NCBI GenBank assembly: GCA_963797095.1
Contig: CAWCNY010000005.1
Location: 288,001 to 352,000 of the forward strand
Direction of reading: 5' to 3'
Length of the DNA: 64,000 bases
From: an uncultured Chloroflexia bacterium
GTDB taxonomy: Bacteria; Chloroflexota; Chloroflexia; QHBQ01; JADMIH01
The notes beneath the pieces are model-generated. The model ran no database searches. It was not told the origin of the DNA and was given only the letters and a program-made list of their open reading frames with translations. This document shows, in pieces, positions 39,598 through 49,723 of the stretch. Made by a program: the position numbers and the translations under genes. The stretch's first letter is position 1; every line of letters starts with the position of its first letter.

Positions 39598-40689
39598 ATG
39601 GTCGATTTGACCGATTTCAAGTTCGAACCTGACCTGGCACACGCATTCACCCTTCCGGCCCGCTGGTATATCTCCCCGGAGTTCCTGAGCCTTGAAAAGG
39701 ACAAGATATTCAACCGATCATGGCAGGCGGTAGGCCGTATTGACGAAGTGGTCCGCATAGGTGACTTCTTTACCTGCGAGGTACTGGGTGAACCCCTGGT
39801 TGTCACGCGCGGCACTGATGGCATATTGCGTGCCTTCTACAACGTATGCCGCCATAGAGCGGGTAATGTTGCAGCCGGAAAAGGCAACCGCAAATCGCTC
39901 CAATGCCGCTATCACGGCTGGACTTATGCACTGGATGGCCGCCTGATGACCACCCCGGAGTTTGAGGGGGTGCAGGATTTCGACAAGAGTTGCTACGGAC
40001 TACACCCTGTGCAAGTAGATACATGGGGGCCATTCGTTTTCGTCAACCTGGACCCCGATGCGGCACCCCTTACTGCCACCCTGGGTGTAATCCTGGACGA
40101 GACGGCCCATATCCCACTGGCCGAAATGCGCCCAGTGGAGAGGCGTGACTACATCATCGACTGCAACTGGAAGGTCTACATCGACAATTATCTGGAAGGC
40201 TACCACCTTCCCATTGCCCACCCTGGCCTTTACCGCGAGCTAGACTACGAAAACTACAAGGTGGAGACGCACAGATACCACTCGCGCCAGTTAGCCCCAC
40301 TTCGCCCTGTCACAGGCAGCAGCGCGGGACGCCGCTACGCTGAGGTACGAGCCGACGACGAGGTACTTTACTACTGGATCTTCCCCAACTTCATGGTCAA
40401 TATCTACCCTGACAACATGTCGTCCAACATCATCCTCCCCCTCGGCCACGAGAAGACCCTCACTATCTTCGAGTGGTATTTCCATGAGCAGGGCGGAGGC
40501 GAGGCCTGGGAAGGCGTGCAGCAGGCAGTAGCCTTCAGCGACGAGATTCAGCAGGAAGATATCGTCATCTGCGAGAATGTGCAGCGTGGGCTGGCATCAC
40601 GCGTCTACGACCAGGGGCGGTTCTCCATCAAGCGAGAAAACGGCGTGCATCACTTCCACTCCCTGGTGCATGAGTACCTGACAAGTTAG
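39598..40689 (+). CDS. Rieske oxygenase alpha subunit (choline monooxygenase-like)
   Basis: CRH...CRYHGW Rieske motif; NWK..DNYLEGYH...H; ED..ICE.VQRGL. Confidence 0.9.
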   Translation: MVDLTDFKFEPDLAHAFTLPARWYISPEFLSLEKDKIFNRSWQAVGRIDEVVRIGDFFTCEVLGEPLVVTRGTDGILRAFYNVCRHRAGNVAAGKGNRKSLQCRYHGWTYALDGRLMTTPEFEGVQDFDKSCYGLHPVQVDTWGPFVFVNLDPDAAPLTATLGVILDETAHIPLAEMRPVERRDYIIDCNWKVYIDNYLEGYHLPIAHPGLYRELDYENYKVETHRYHSRQLAPLRPVTGSSAGRRYAEVRADDEVLYYWIFPNFMVNIYPDNMSSNIILPLGHEKTLTIFEWYFHEQGGGEAWEGVQQAVAFSDEIQQEDIVICENVQRGLASRVYDQGRFSIKRENGVHHFHSLVHEYLTS

Positions 40690-41073
40690 AACTGCTTCGC
40701 ACCTGACCGAACGTGGCTGGCGGCAGGTGGGAATGGTCCTTGAGCATTCTTAGCGCGCATGCCAGAATATAACCCTGCCATGGGGCTTGCCGAGCAAAAG
40801 TGTAGTCCGGTTGCCACATGGGTCGATCTATGCTACAATCCCATAGGCCACAGCGCGGTGTCGAAAGCTCTACTTTTCCACAAACAAGCCAGATGGGCGG
40901 CTGGCATGAGCACGACCCACAGGAGGAAAACCCCATTTCGTGGTCTTTTTGCCTTTAGGGCCGCGAGGGGTTTCGTCCTTTAACTTCATGAGGGAGCCGA
41001 TAGACTGACCACGTTACCTGATTTTCAAGAAAGCTCCTGCACTACCGTTGCTGTAAGGAAGGAGGGATCTAGC

Positions 41074-42303
41074 ATGCAGATTCCGATGTCCTCTCCTGAC
41101 ATCGGTGACGCGGAGATCGCCGCAGTCAACGCCGTTCTACGTACGCCTCATCTGAGCATTGGCCCGCAGATATTGCAGTTTGAAGAAGCTGTGGCCCGGC
41201 GCGTTGGGGCCGTACATGCGATTGGTGTCAACTCCGGCACAAGTGGACTTCATCTCTGCGTCATAGCCGCCGGCATACAATCCGGTGATTTTGTAATTAC
41301 AACTCCTTTTTCTTTCGTCGCATCAGCGAACGCCATACTCTATGAGCGCGCGGTGCCGATCTTTGTAGATGTGGACCCTTTATCCGGCAACATCTCACCG
41401 GATGAAGTGGCCGCCGCCGCCGACGCATTGTTGAATGGAGGAAAGACCGCCGAGCAGTTCTTGCCCCGTGCTCTGCGCGGTAAGCGGACCACCGAGGGCG
41501 GACAGTTGCGGGCACTCCTGCCTATCCACGCCTTTGGGCAACCGTCGGATATGGACTCGATCCTTGCCACCGCACGACAACACAATCTTATCGTGATCGA
41601 GGACGCGTGCGAAGCTATCGGAGCCGAATATCGCGGCAAGCCCGCGGGCACACTGGGCGATGGAGGCGTGTTCGCGTTCTACCCCAATAAGCAGATGACA
41701 ACCGGCGAAGGGGGCGTAATTGTCACGAACCGGGAGGACTGGGCCCAGCTATGTCTGAGCCTTCGCAACCAGGGGCGCGATGTGTTCGATGCCTGGCTCA
41801 ACCACACTCGCCTCGGCTACAACTACAGGTTGGACGAAATGAGCGCTGCCCTTGGTGTGGCGCAGTTGGGCCGCCTGGAGGAGTTGCTGGCGAATCGTGA
41901 CCGAGTGGCCGGTTGGTATAACGAGCGCCTGGCAGACCTGGACGGAGTGGAAACTCCCATCATAGTGCCAACCACCACGCGGATGAGTTGGTTCGTGTAT
42001 ACAGTTCGTATCACCCATCCATTGGGGCGGGACGCTGTGATGAAGCGCCTTCTTGAGGCAGGCATTCCCAGCCGTCCATATTTCACACCGATACACTTAC
42101 AGCCCTTCTATCGAGACAGATTTGGTTATGAGCGCGGCGATTTCCCGGTCACCGAATATCTAGGCGATGTGACGCTGGCGCTCCCCTTCTCAGGTGTTAT
42201 GGCTGAGGAACAGGTGACTTACGTTTGTGATACGCTCAGGCGTCTGCTTAGGCCCGGTGGGATGCAGGCCCGGCACACGGCTACGGCAGAGGTGGGGGCC
42301 TGA
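41074..42303 (+). CDS. DegT/DnrJ/EryC1/StrS sugar aminotransferase (PglE-like)
   Basis: NSGTSGL, IEDACEA, FYPNKQMTTGEGG, GYNYR. Confidence 0.93.
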   Translation: MQIPMSSPDIGDAEIAAVNAVLRTPHLSIGPQILQFEEAVARRVGAVHAIGVNSGTSGLHLCVIAAGIQSGDFVITTPFSFVASANAILYERAVPIFVDVDPLSGNISPDEVAAAADALLNGGKTAEQFLPRALRGKRTTEGGQLRALLPIHAFGQPSDMDSILATARQHNLIVIEDACEAIGAEYRGKPAGTLGDGGVFAFYPNKQMTTGEGGVIVTNREDWAQLCLSLRNQGRDVFDAWLNHTRLGYNYRLDEMSAALGVAQLGRLEELLANRDRVAGWYNERLADLDGVETPIIVPTTTRMSWFVYTVRITHPLGRDAVMKRLLEAGIPSRPYFTPIHLQPFYRDRFGYERGDFPVTEYLGDVTLALPFSGVMAEEQVTYVCDTLRRLLRPGGMQARHTATAEVGA

Positions 42304-44333
42304 TGGAAGGACTGGGTTTGTTCATGTCGAAGCTGCGCAATCGCCACTTCCTAGTGATTGACATCCTATCGTTCCTGATAACCCCGCTACTGGCGCTGAT
42401 ACTGCGTATGGACGGTAACGTGCCCTTCGACCGGTACAGCGGCTCATTGATCGTAGCCACGATCGTGTTCCTCCTAGTTAAGCTGGTGGTGTTCTACAGA
42501 GGTGGCCTGTATAGCCGCTTCTGGCGCTATGCTGGACTGGATGATCTGGCCCACCTGGCCTTTCTAGGCGTGGTGGCTCTCCTTTTCCAGACGGCGCTCT
42601 TCTTACTGGTGTTGCAACCCAACGGCTGGATCGGGCGTGATTTCCCGCGCTCCATGCCTATTGTCGAAGGATTGCTGGCACTATTGGTGGCAGGCGCGTT
42701 TCGCTACAGCGTACCTTTCACCGCTCGCCTCGGCCAGCAGCGCAGCAGTAATCCCGATGCGCGACTTGTACTGATCGCCGGGGCAGGCTCGGCAGGCGTG
42801 ATGATGGTCCAGGAGATGCAACGCAACCCCGACCTCGGCATGTGGCCTGTGGGCTTCGTTGACGATGCAGCCGATAAGCAAAAAATGCGCATAAGGGGTG
42901 TACCTGTGCTTGGGCGCTGTGCGGATATAGCCCGTGTGGTTGAACAGACCGGCGCTCAACAGGTGGTGATCGCTATGCCGACCGCCCCAGGCAAGATCAT
43001 CCGGGACATAGTTCACCTTTGCGAACAGGCAGACATCCAGACCAAGACGATGCCCGGCATGTACGAATTACTGGGAGGCCGGGTCAGTATCAAACAGTTG
43101 CGCGATGTGGAGATCGAGGACCTGTTGCGCCGCGAGCCTATACAGACCGATATCGCGGCGGTTGCCGAGTTGTTGAGAGGCAAGAGGGTGCTCGTAACAG
43201 GCGGCGGAGGCTCCATAGGAGGCGAGCTTTGCCGCCAGATGCTCCGGTTTGACCCGGAGTCGCTGGTAATTCTGGGGCATGGGGAGAACTCCGTTTTCCA
43301 CATCCACCAGGAGTTACTGCGACTACAGGAGCAGTCTCAAGCCACCGGTGCAGGAGGCATGAGCACCGAGATTCATACCGTAATCGCCGATATCCGCTTC
43401 CAGGACCGCATCTTAAGAGTCTTCGAAGAATATCAGCCACAGGTTGTATTCCATGCGGCGGCTCACAAACATGTGCACCTTATGGAATTGAACCCTTCTG
43501 AAGCGGTTACTAACAACGTGCTGGGAACTCGCACTCTGCTGGAGGCATCACAGACAGTTGGGGTCGAGCGTTTCGTGATGATCTCCACCGACAAAGCAGT
43601 CAACCCCATCGGCATCATGGGCGCGAGCAAGCGAGTGGCCGAGAAACTGGTGCATCAGGCCGCCATGCAAAATGGACGGGCCTATGTGGCGGTACGCTTC
43701 GGAAATGTGTTGGGCAGCCGAGGCAGCGTGGTCGAGATATTTAAGGATCAAATCGCCGCCGGGGGCCCCGTCACGATCACACACCCACAGATGATGCGCT
43801 ATTTCATGACCATCCCGGAGGCGGTGCAATTGGTATTGCAAGCGGCAACGCTTGGCCGTGGGGGCGAGGTCTTTATGCTCGATATGGGCGAACCGGTGAG
43901 GATCGTTGATCTTGCACAGGACCTGATCGAGTTGTCAGGGCTTACAGTTGGTCACGATATTGACATTGTCTTCACCGGCGTTCGACCCGGCGAGAAGCTA
44001 TCTGAAGAACTCTATCTCGCGGGCGAGGAATATGAGGCTACGGAGCACGAAAAGATCCGCATTGTAAGGCAGACCGCAGACGTTATGCCGCAACGACTGG
44101 AGAGAGCAGTCACTACCCTCGTTGCGGCGGCACATGCAGACAACCGGCGCAGGATCATGGCCGGGCTCCGGCTACTTGTGCCGGAATTTCAACAGACAGC
44201 ACACGGCGCAGAAGCACAAACCCACCTGCTAGACGGGTTGGACCTGAGCATGCCCGTACCGTATACACCCGACGAAAGCGTGCATTTGAGCCACACCGCT
44301 GAGCCGCCGGGACCCACAGATGCCCCCCCTTAA
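42303..44333 (+). CDS. Membrane UDP-GlcNAc 4,6-dehydratase (PglF/CapD-like)
   Basis: Four TM helices, EDLLRR, TGGGGSIG, HAAAHKHV, STDKAVNP, RFGNVLGSRGS, RPGEKL. Confidence 0.93.
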   Translation: MEGLGLFMSKLRNRHFLVIDILSFLITPLLALILRMDGNVPFDRYSGSLIVATIVFLLVKLVVFYRGGLYSRFWRYAGLDDLAHLAFLGVVALLFQTALFLLVLQPNGWIGRDFPRSMPIVEGLLALLVAGAFRYSVPFTARLGQQRSSNPDARLVLIAGAGSAGVMMVQEMQRNPDLGMWPVGFVDDAADKQKMRIRGVPVLGRCADIARVVEQTGAQQVVIAMPTAPGKIIRDIVHLCEQADIQTKTMPGMYELLGGRVSIKQLRDVEIEDLLRREPIQTDIAAVAELLRGKRVLVTGGGGSIGGELCRQMLRFDPESLVILGHGENSVFHIHQELLRLQEQSQATGAGGMSTEIHTVIADIRFQDRILRVFEEYQPQVVFHAAAHKHVHLMELNPSEAVTNNVLGTRTLLEASQTVGVERFVMISTDKAVNPIGIMGASKRVAEKLVHQAAMQNGRAYVAVRFGNVLGSRGSVVEIFKDQIAAGGPVTITHPQMMRYFMTIPEAVQLVLQAATLGRGGEVFMLDMGEPVRIVDLAQDLIELSGLTVGHDIDIVFTGVRPGEKLSEELYLAGEEYEATEHEKIRIVRQTADVMPQRLERAVTTLVAAAHADNRRRIMAGLRLLVPEFQQTAHGAEAQTHLLDGLDLSMPVPYTPDESVHLSHTAEPPGPTDAPP

Positions 44334-47013
44334 TCGCCTGCTCTGGTGGCTGGTGCCTATCGTCGCATTGGGCCTGGTGCTACTGACCAGCTACCAGGCG
44401 ATCACCTCGCGACGATATGACAGGGCAAATGGAATAACAGGCGAGCTACTTGCGGGAAGCAGCATAGGCCAAACCTTTATAGCACGCTATGCCAATTTAT
44501 CAGGCGTAGAATTGCACCTCGGCACGTACGACCCGAATCCCGCGCCTGCTAAGGCTTCTCTCGTATTGCATTTGAGGGCGGAAGCAGGAAACGGCCCGGA
44601 CCTGGCGACCGCCCAGATGCCCGCAGGTGCTCCACTCGCCCACGACCCCTGGTATCTCTTTTCGTTCCAGCCCATCGCCGACAGCCAGGACCGCTCATTC
44701 TATATTGAAGTGGAGTCGCCCGATGGAGCGCCGAGCAAGGCGCTGACCGTATACTGGTGGCAACCCAGCCCCGACGGCGATGCCTACCCAGACGGCACGG
44801 CCTACTTGGACGGCCAACCCCAACCGGGTGACCTGACATTCGGCCTTCACTACGAACCATCACCTCTGGCCGCTATGGCTCAGGTTGGGCGCGCTCTATC
44901 GACCAATATGCCTGTTGCGATGATGCCTCTCTTGTTTGGGGGAGCAGCCATAGGCGTGTGGGCGCTCATATACTTACCCATTAGGCTCCGCGACCCCGAT
45001 CGGCGGCAACGCTGGCTAAAGCGCTGGTCTTTGCCGTTCGTGCTTGGCGCCGCCTTCATCAATGGGCTGATTTACCTGTTGGTGGTGCCACCCTGGCAAG
45101 GGCCGGATGAGCACACACATTTCGCCTACGCTGCCCTGCTTGATCGATATGACCTCGATTCGAGCAAGGCACAGGCGCTCTATTTGCAAGAGCAGGCAAG
45201 CGATGACCGGCTAGCAGGTGTCGTGAGGGATGCCATGGCTCGCCACGACTTTACGCGCCTGCTGCTTGGCAGTGCTGCGCCCGGCACGCCACCCGACGCA
45301 CGTGCCACCCTGTTTTACTCTGTGCGCCAGCCGCCACTATATTACTGGCTGGGAGCGTTGGCGCTACGCTCCGGCCGCTGGCTGGGTATCTCTGCCGATC
45401 CTTATAGCGACCCTGATACGGCGCTCCTTGTGCTACGGTTCGTGTCGCTGGTGCTTGGCCTGGTGGTCGTTGCGCTGGCGTGGGTGGCCGCGCGACTGAT
45501 CTCTGCGGAGGGCTATAGCTGGCTGCGCTTGCTGCTACCCTTGACCATCGCGTTGCTGCCAATGCTCACCTTCGATTCGACAATCGCGAATAATGACGTG
45601 CTTGCTGAGGTCGCCGTGTCGGCGTTGTTTGTGACATTGGCCGCGCTCTTGCGATGGCCCACCGGGCGGCGAGGATTAGCGCTGGCTGCGCTTGCAGTGT
45701 TGCTGGCGCTGCTGGGCGTTTTCACGAAGTCGACTGCGACGGCGGCGGCGCTTCCGCTGCTGGCGACCGGCCTGGTTGTGTGGGTCGGAATGCTGGTGAC
45801 GAAGGCGCTTGAGCGGCGGACCGAACGTAAAGGCGTGGCAGGCAACCGGATGTTCGTACCGGGCATCCTGGGTGGGCTGAGCCTGCTGCTGGTGGTTGGT
45901 GCACTGCTCTTAGCCTATGAGCCTCAGGAGAGGGCAGCGGGTTGGGTACTCAGCAGGGTTCCGCTCTGGCGAATGCCGCGTGTTGAGACGCCGACGGCAC
46001 ACGATGGGCATTATGTGCTGGAACTTGGGGCGCAAGGCCAGCAGGCGGTGATGGCGTTCCAGGTAGTGGTGCTGCCCACCTACCACCCGGCTATGACGAT
46101 GACTGTATCTGGGTGGGTGAGGGCGGTGCCTGCCGCAGGCCCACCCCTGGTCGCAGCGCCAACCGCCGCGCTGAAGATAGAGGAGGGCGGCTTCTTGATG
46201 GGGCGATCCGACGTGTTCCTCGACCAGTCGGGGGAATGGCAACGGATCAGCGCCATGGCCCACCTGATCGAAGGCACCCAACAGATAGTACTGAGGATCA
46301 CAGCCGAAGACGAGCGGGCGCAATTCGACGATTTCAGTATGCAGCTTGATGATGGGCCGGTGGCGTGGCACGACCCGGTCTTCCGTACTACTCTGCTCAA
46401 CCCGTCCGCCGAGTCGGGCACGCTGGGATTGAGGCAGTTCCTTGTTGATCGATTGCCTATAGAGGTCACGACGGCGGCCGAGGTGCTGCCTAACCCGCAA
46501 GCGTTCGATGTGCCTGCGCTGTGGCTCCAGTACGGCAGAGAGCAGTATGATACTTTCTGGGGCAGCTTCGGGTGGGAGTCGATTCCTCTGTCCGATATCG
46601 GGTATACGTTGCTGGGTATCATCATCGTAGTTTCGATAGCGGGTCTGGTGGTGCGGGCTGTGCGCCGGTGGGGGCAATGGACCTCACTTTACTGGCTTGG
46701 GTTCTCGGCAATACTCGCATTGGTCATTTCCATGGTGGCAGTGTTCGCCTGGCAGACAGCGCGACTGGCTACGCAAGGGGTGATAGGTGGGTTGTATGGG
46801 CGCTATTTGTTTGTGCTGATTATTCCCATTGTCTGGCTCCTGATTGCCGGGTTGGGCGGGATCGTATCGCTCTTCCGCCGCTCGCAGCCTGAGCAGAGGG
46901 ATATGGAGGCAGCAGCCGGGCTTCCCTGGGCCGTGTGGGCGTGGAATATCGGATTGGTGGTGTTCGCAGTCTATTGTTTGCTAACGCTGATCATACCTTA
47001 CTATTACGCTTAG
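44320..47013 (+). CDS. Large GT-C-like membrane protein (DUF2142-like) with beta-sandwich extracellular domains
   Basis: PPWQGPDE..H, QPPLYY, NND, FWGSFGW, GRYLF motifs. Confidence 0.65.
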   Translation: MPPLNRLLWWLVPIVALGLVLLTSYQAITSRRYDRANGITGELLAGSSIGQTFIARYANLSGVELHLGTYDPNPAPAKASLVLHLRAEAGNGPDLATAQMPAGAPLAHDPWYLFSFQPIADSQDRSFYIEVESPDGAPSKALTVYWWQPSPDGDAYPDGTAYLDGQPQPGDLTFGLHYEPSPLAAMAQVGRALSTNMPVAMMPLLFGGAAIGVWALIYLPIRLRDPDRRQRWLKRWSLPFVLGAAFINGLIYLLVVPPWQGPDEHTHFAYAALLDRYDLDSSKAQALYLQEQASDDRLAGVVRDAMARHDFTRLLLGSAAPGTPPDARATLFYSVRQPPLYYWLGALALRSGRWLGISADPYSDPDTALLVLRFVSLVLGLVVVALAWVAARLISAEGYSWLRLLLPLTIALLPMLTFDSTIANNDVLAEVAVSALFVTLAALLRWPTGRRGLALAALAVLLALLGVFTKSTATAAALPLLATGLVVWVGMLVTKALERRTERKGVAGNRMFVPGILGGLSLLLVVGALLLAYEPQERAAGWVLSRVPLWRMPRVETPTAHDGHYVLELGAQGQQAVMAFQVVVLPTYHPAMTMTVSGWVRAVPAAGPPLVAAPTAALKIEEGGFLMGRSDVFLDQSGEWQRISAMAHLIEGTQQIVLRITAEDERAQFDDFSMQLDDGPVAWHDPVFRTTLLNPSAESGTLGLRQFLVDRLPIEVTTAAEVLPNPQAFDVPALWLQYGREQYDTFWGSFGWESIPLSDIGYTLLGIIIVVSIAGLVVRAVRRWGQWTSLYWLGFSAILALVISMVAVFAWQTARLATQGVIGGLYGRYLFVLIIPIVWLLIAGLGGIVSLFRRSQPEQRDMEAAAGLPWAVWAWNIGLVVFAVYCLLTLIIPYYYA

Positions 47014-48304
47014 GAGGCACGCGGAAACAAAGCAGGCAAAGTGAGAGAAATGTGATAAACTGAGCGAATGAAAGATTTCTCTCAGCAAGATCAATACAAA
47101 GTGATGCATGGAGTGCTCAATGAGCGACAGTGGCGGCTGTATGTGGCGAGCCAGGCCAAGCGGTTAGGCAGGGGAGGCATAAGCCGAGTGGCACGCGAGG
47201 CCGGGGTCACTCGTGAGACTATCTACAAGGGGATGCTAGAATTGGAGGCAGGAGAGGTCTATCAACCGGGAGGTAGGATACGCAGGTATGGTGGTGGGCG
47301 CAAGCAGGTCACAGCCATAGATGAGACGTTGCTCCCCGATTTGGAAAGCCTCCTTGAGCCCAAGGGTGACCCGATGAGCTTGCTCAAATGGACCACCAAG
47401 AGTGTGGCCCATCTCAAAGAGGCTCTAGAGGGGATGGGGCATGTGCATGGGGTGGCCGAGACTACAATCCGTCGGATTTTACACGACCTTGGCTACTCGC
47501 TACGAGCTAATAAGAAGAACATCGAAGGAGTATCCCACCCCGACCGAGACGCCCAATTTGCCCACATCTTGGGCAAGTGCCACTCGTTTGAGGAGGCGAG
47601 CAACCCGATAATATCGGTGGACTGCAAGAAGAAGGAGTTGATAGGGCTTTTCAAGAACAACGGGGAGGAGTTGGTGGCCAAAGGGGAAGATACTCAGGTG
47701 TCGGTGTACGACTTTGCCTCCCTCTCCGATGGCAAAGCCATCCCTTATAGGGTGTACGACCTGGTACACAATAGGGGATTTGTGAATGTGGGCATCGACC
47801 ATGACACAGCTGAATTTGCGGTGGAGAGTATCCGCAGATGGTGGAAGGAGTGGGGCCAGCGGCTGTATCGGGGCAAGAAGGCATTGTTGATCACGGCAGG
47901 TGGAGGTGGTTCCAACGGGGCCAGAAATCGGTTGTGGAAGAAGCAACTGCAAGCACTGGCTAATGAAGAACAACTGTCCATCTCGGTGGTGCATTATCCA
48001 CCAGCTACCAGCAAATGGAACAAGATAGAGCACCGGTTGTTCTCCTACATCTCGATCAATTGGAGAGCCACCCCACTCACCTCGCTGGAGGTGGTGTTGG
48101 AACTGATATCACATACAACGACCGAGGAGGGGATAGAGGTGGTAGCGCTGAAGGACAGTCAATTGTATCCTACAGGGCGGAAAGTGAGTGATGAAGAAGT
48201 GGAGGGCCTAAATCTGGTGCGAGAGGGGTTTCATGGCGAATGGAACTACACCATTTCCCCACAACATTCACCCTCTTCTGACCAGCTTATTTAGGAGGGC
48301 CTCC
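47013..48304 (+). mobile_element. ISAzo13-family element
   Basis: GGAGGC/GCCTCC termini, TTA duplication at 47010-47012 and 48305-48307. Confidence 0.85.
47068..48294 (+). CDS. ISAzo13 transposase, likely inactive
   Basis: GDPMS, HPDRDAQF, SVDCKKKE, SKWNKIEHRLFS; ITAGGGGSN where ITADGGGSN is expected. Confidence 0.88.
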   Translation: MKDFSQQDQYKVMHGVLNERQWRLYVASQAKRLGRGGISRVAREAGVTRETIYKGMLELEAGEVYQPGGRIRRYGGGRKQVTAIDETLLPDLESLLEPKGDPMSLLKWTTKSVAHLKEALEGMGHVHGVAETTIRRILHDLGYSLRANKKNIEGVSHPDRDAQFAHILGKCHSFEEASNPIISVDCKKKELIGLFKNNGEELVAKGEDTQVSVYDFASLSDGKAIPYRVYDLVHNRGFVNVGIDHDTAEFAVESIRRWWKEWGQRLYRGKKALLITAGGGGSNGARNRLWKKQLQALANEEQLSISVVHYPPATSKWNKIEHRLFSYISINWRATPLTSLEVVLELISHTTTEEGIEVVALKDSQLYPTGRKVSDEEVEGLNLVREGFHGEWNYTISPQHSPSSDQLI

Positions 48305-48452
48305 TTAAATTCAGGAACAATGTAGACCTAAGTCGATCCCGTGATCCGTTTTTGGGGTATCAAAAGGAAGGTGCCTGGTTCTCCCCTCATATAGCAAATG
48401 ACATTGGTGGGACAAAACGGGACACGTTTTGGGGTGTACTTTGGTACAGTTT

Positions 48453-49088
48453 TTAGCGCTGCCAGCGGGCCGGGACACCTATGGCGGTGACGCCACCCGG
48501 TACATCGCGAACGACTACCGCGCCCGCACCGACTACCGCCCAATCGCCTATGGATTTGCCTGGAGCGACGCTGCCGCCAATGCCAACCAGGACCCCTTCG
48601 CCGACGCGCACATCGCCTGAAAGGTGAGCGCCCGGCGCGATATGGGCGTAGTCGTCTACGATACAGTCGTGGTCGACGGTGGCCCCGGTGTTCACTATTA
48701 CGTGGTCACCCACCGCGGCATCGGGGTTGATTACGGCCCCGGCGGCGATCACCACGTCTTGCCCCAGGCGCACTGAACGGGCTACGATAGCGCGGGGGTG
48801 GACCGCCTGCATCCACAAAGGAGAAGCTTGAGCACCCAAGCGCTCGACTACACGGCGACGTGTTTTGTTGTCGCCTACGCCCATAACCAGGCCATCGGGG
48901 GTATAGGAAGCGTAGGTGTCTATAGCGCCCAGCACCGGCAAATCGAGGCGTATCTGGCCCCAGAATGTGGGGTCGTCGTCCAGGAAGCCAATGACGAGGA
49001 GACCCTGAGACATAAGGATGTCGGCCACTACTTTGCCGTGACCGCCCGCACCAAGCACCAGTATGCCGTGTTGGAGGGTGTGGGTCAT
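48453..49088 (-). CDS. Sugar acetyltransferase (PglD/NeuD-like)
   Basis: LGAGGHGK, GFLDD, hexapeptide repeats, DHDC, GVPAR. Confidence 0.92.
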   Translation of the reverse strand: MTHTLQHGILVLGAGGHGKVVADILMSQGLLVIGFLDDDPTFWGQIRLDLPVLGAIDTYASYTPDGLVMGVGDNKTRRRVVERLGAQASPLWMQAVHPRAIVARSVRLGQDVVIAAGAVINPDAAVGDHVIVNTGATVDHDCIVDDYAHIAPGAHLSGDVRVGEGVLVGIGGSVAPGKSIGDWAVVGAGAVVVRDVPGGVTAIGVPARWQR

Positions 49089-49711
49089 GAGTTGGCCTCC
49101 GGCGGGGGCGTGCTGCCCATGAACTCGGACATGGTGGCGTGACCGTCCTGGCTGATCAACTCGCGGCGGATTACTTTGCCGAGAGTTTGAACGAGGATCC
49201 GGAGATCAAGGCCGAGCGATTGGTGGTCTACGTACCAGCAATCGAGAGCGAACTTTTGCTCCCAGGTGAGGGCGTTGCGGCCGTTGATCTGCGCCCAGCC
49301 AGTGATACCTGGGCGAAGATCGTGGCGCCGCATCTGTTCAGGGGTGTAGCGTTCGAGATATTGCATAAGGAGGGGGCGCGGGCCAACCAGGCTCATATCG
49401 CCTTTGAGGACGTTGAGCAGTTCAGGCAATTCATCAAGGCTGCCGGCGCGAAGGAAGCGGCCAAATGGAGTAAGACGCTCACTATCCGGGAAGAGATGGC
49501 CTTCGGCATCGCGCTTATCGGTCATGGTGCGGAACTTTAGGAGGGTGAAAGGGCGACCATGGAGGCCGGGCCTGCGCTGGCGAAAGAGGACGGGCGAACC
49601 GAGACGCTGACGGACCAGAAGCGCCAGGATCAAAAGCAGGGGCGAGAGAAGGATCAGCGCGGGGAACGTGATCACCAGATCAAGCAAACGTTTGCCGAAG
49701 GCGTTATACAT
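49085..49711 (-). CDS. Initiating phosphoglycosyltransferase (PglC-like)
   Basis: KRLLD, KFRTM, SLDELP, MSLVGPRP, PGITGWAQ. Confidence 0.94.
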   Translation of the reverse strand: MYNAFGKRLLDLVITFPALILLSPLLLILALLVRQRLGSPVLFRQRRPGLHGRPFTLLKFRTMTDKRDAEGHLFPDSERLTPFGRFLRAGSLDELPELLNVLKGDMSLVGPRPLLMQYLERYTPEQMRRHDLRPGITGWAQINGRNALTWEQKFALDCWYVDHQSLGLDLRILVQTLGKVIRRELISQDGHATMSEFMGSTPPPEANS

Positions 49712-49723
49712 TACTCGGCTACC

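Noticed and set aside
48400-48452. Integrase arm-like repeats (GGGACA x2)
   Set aside because: No integrase or att core nearby
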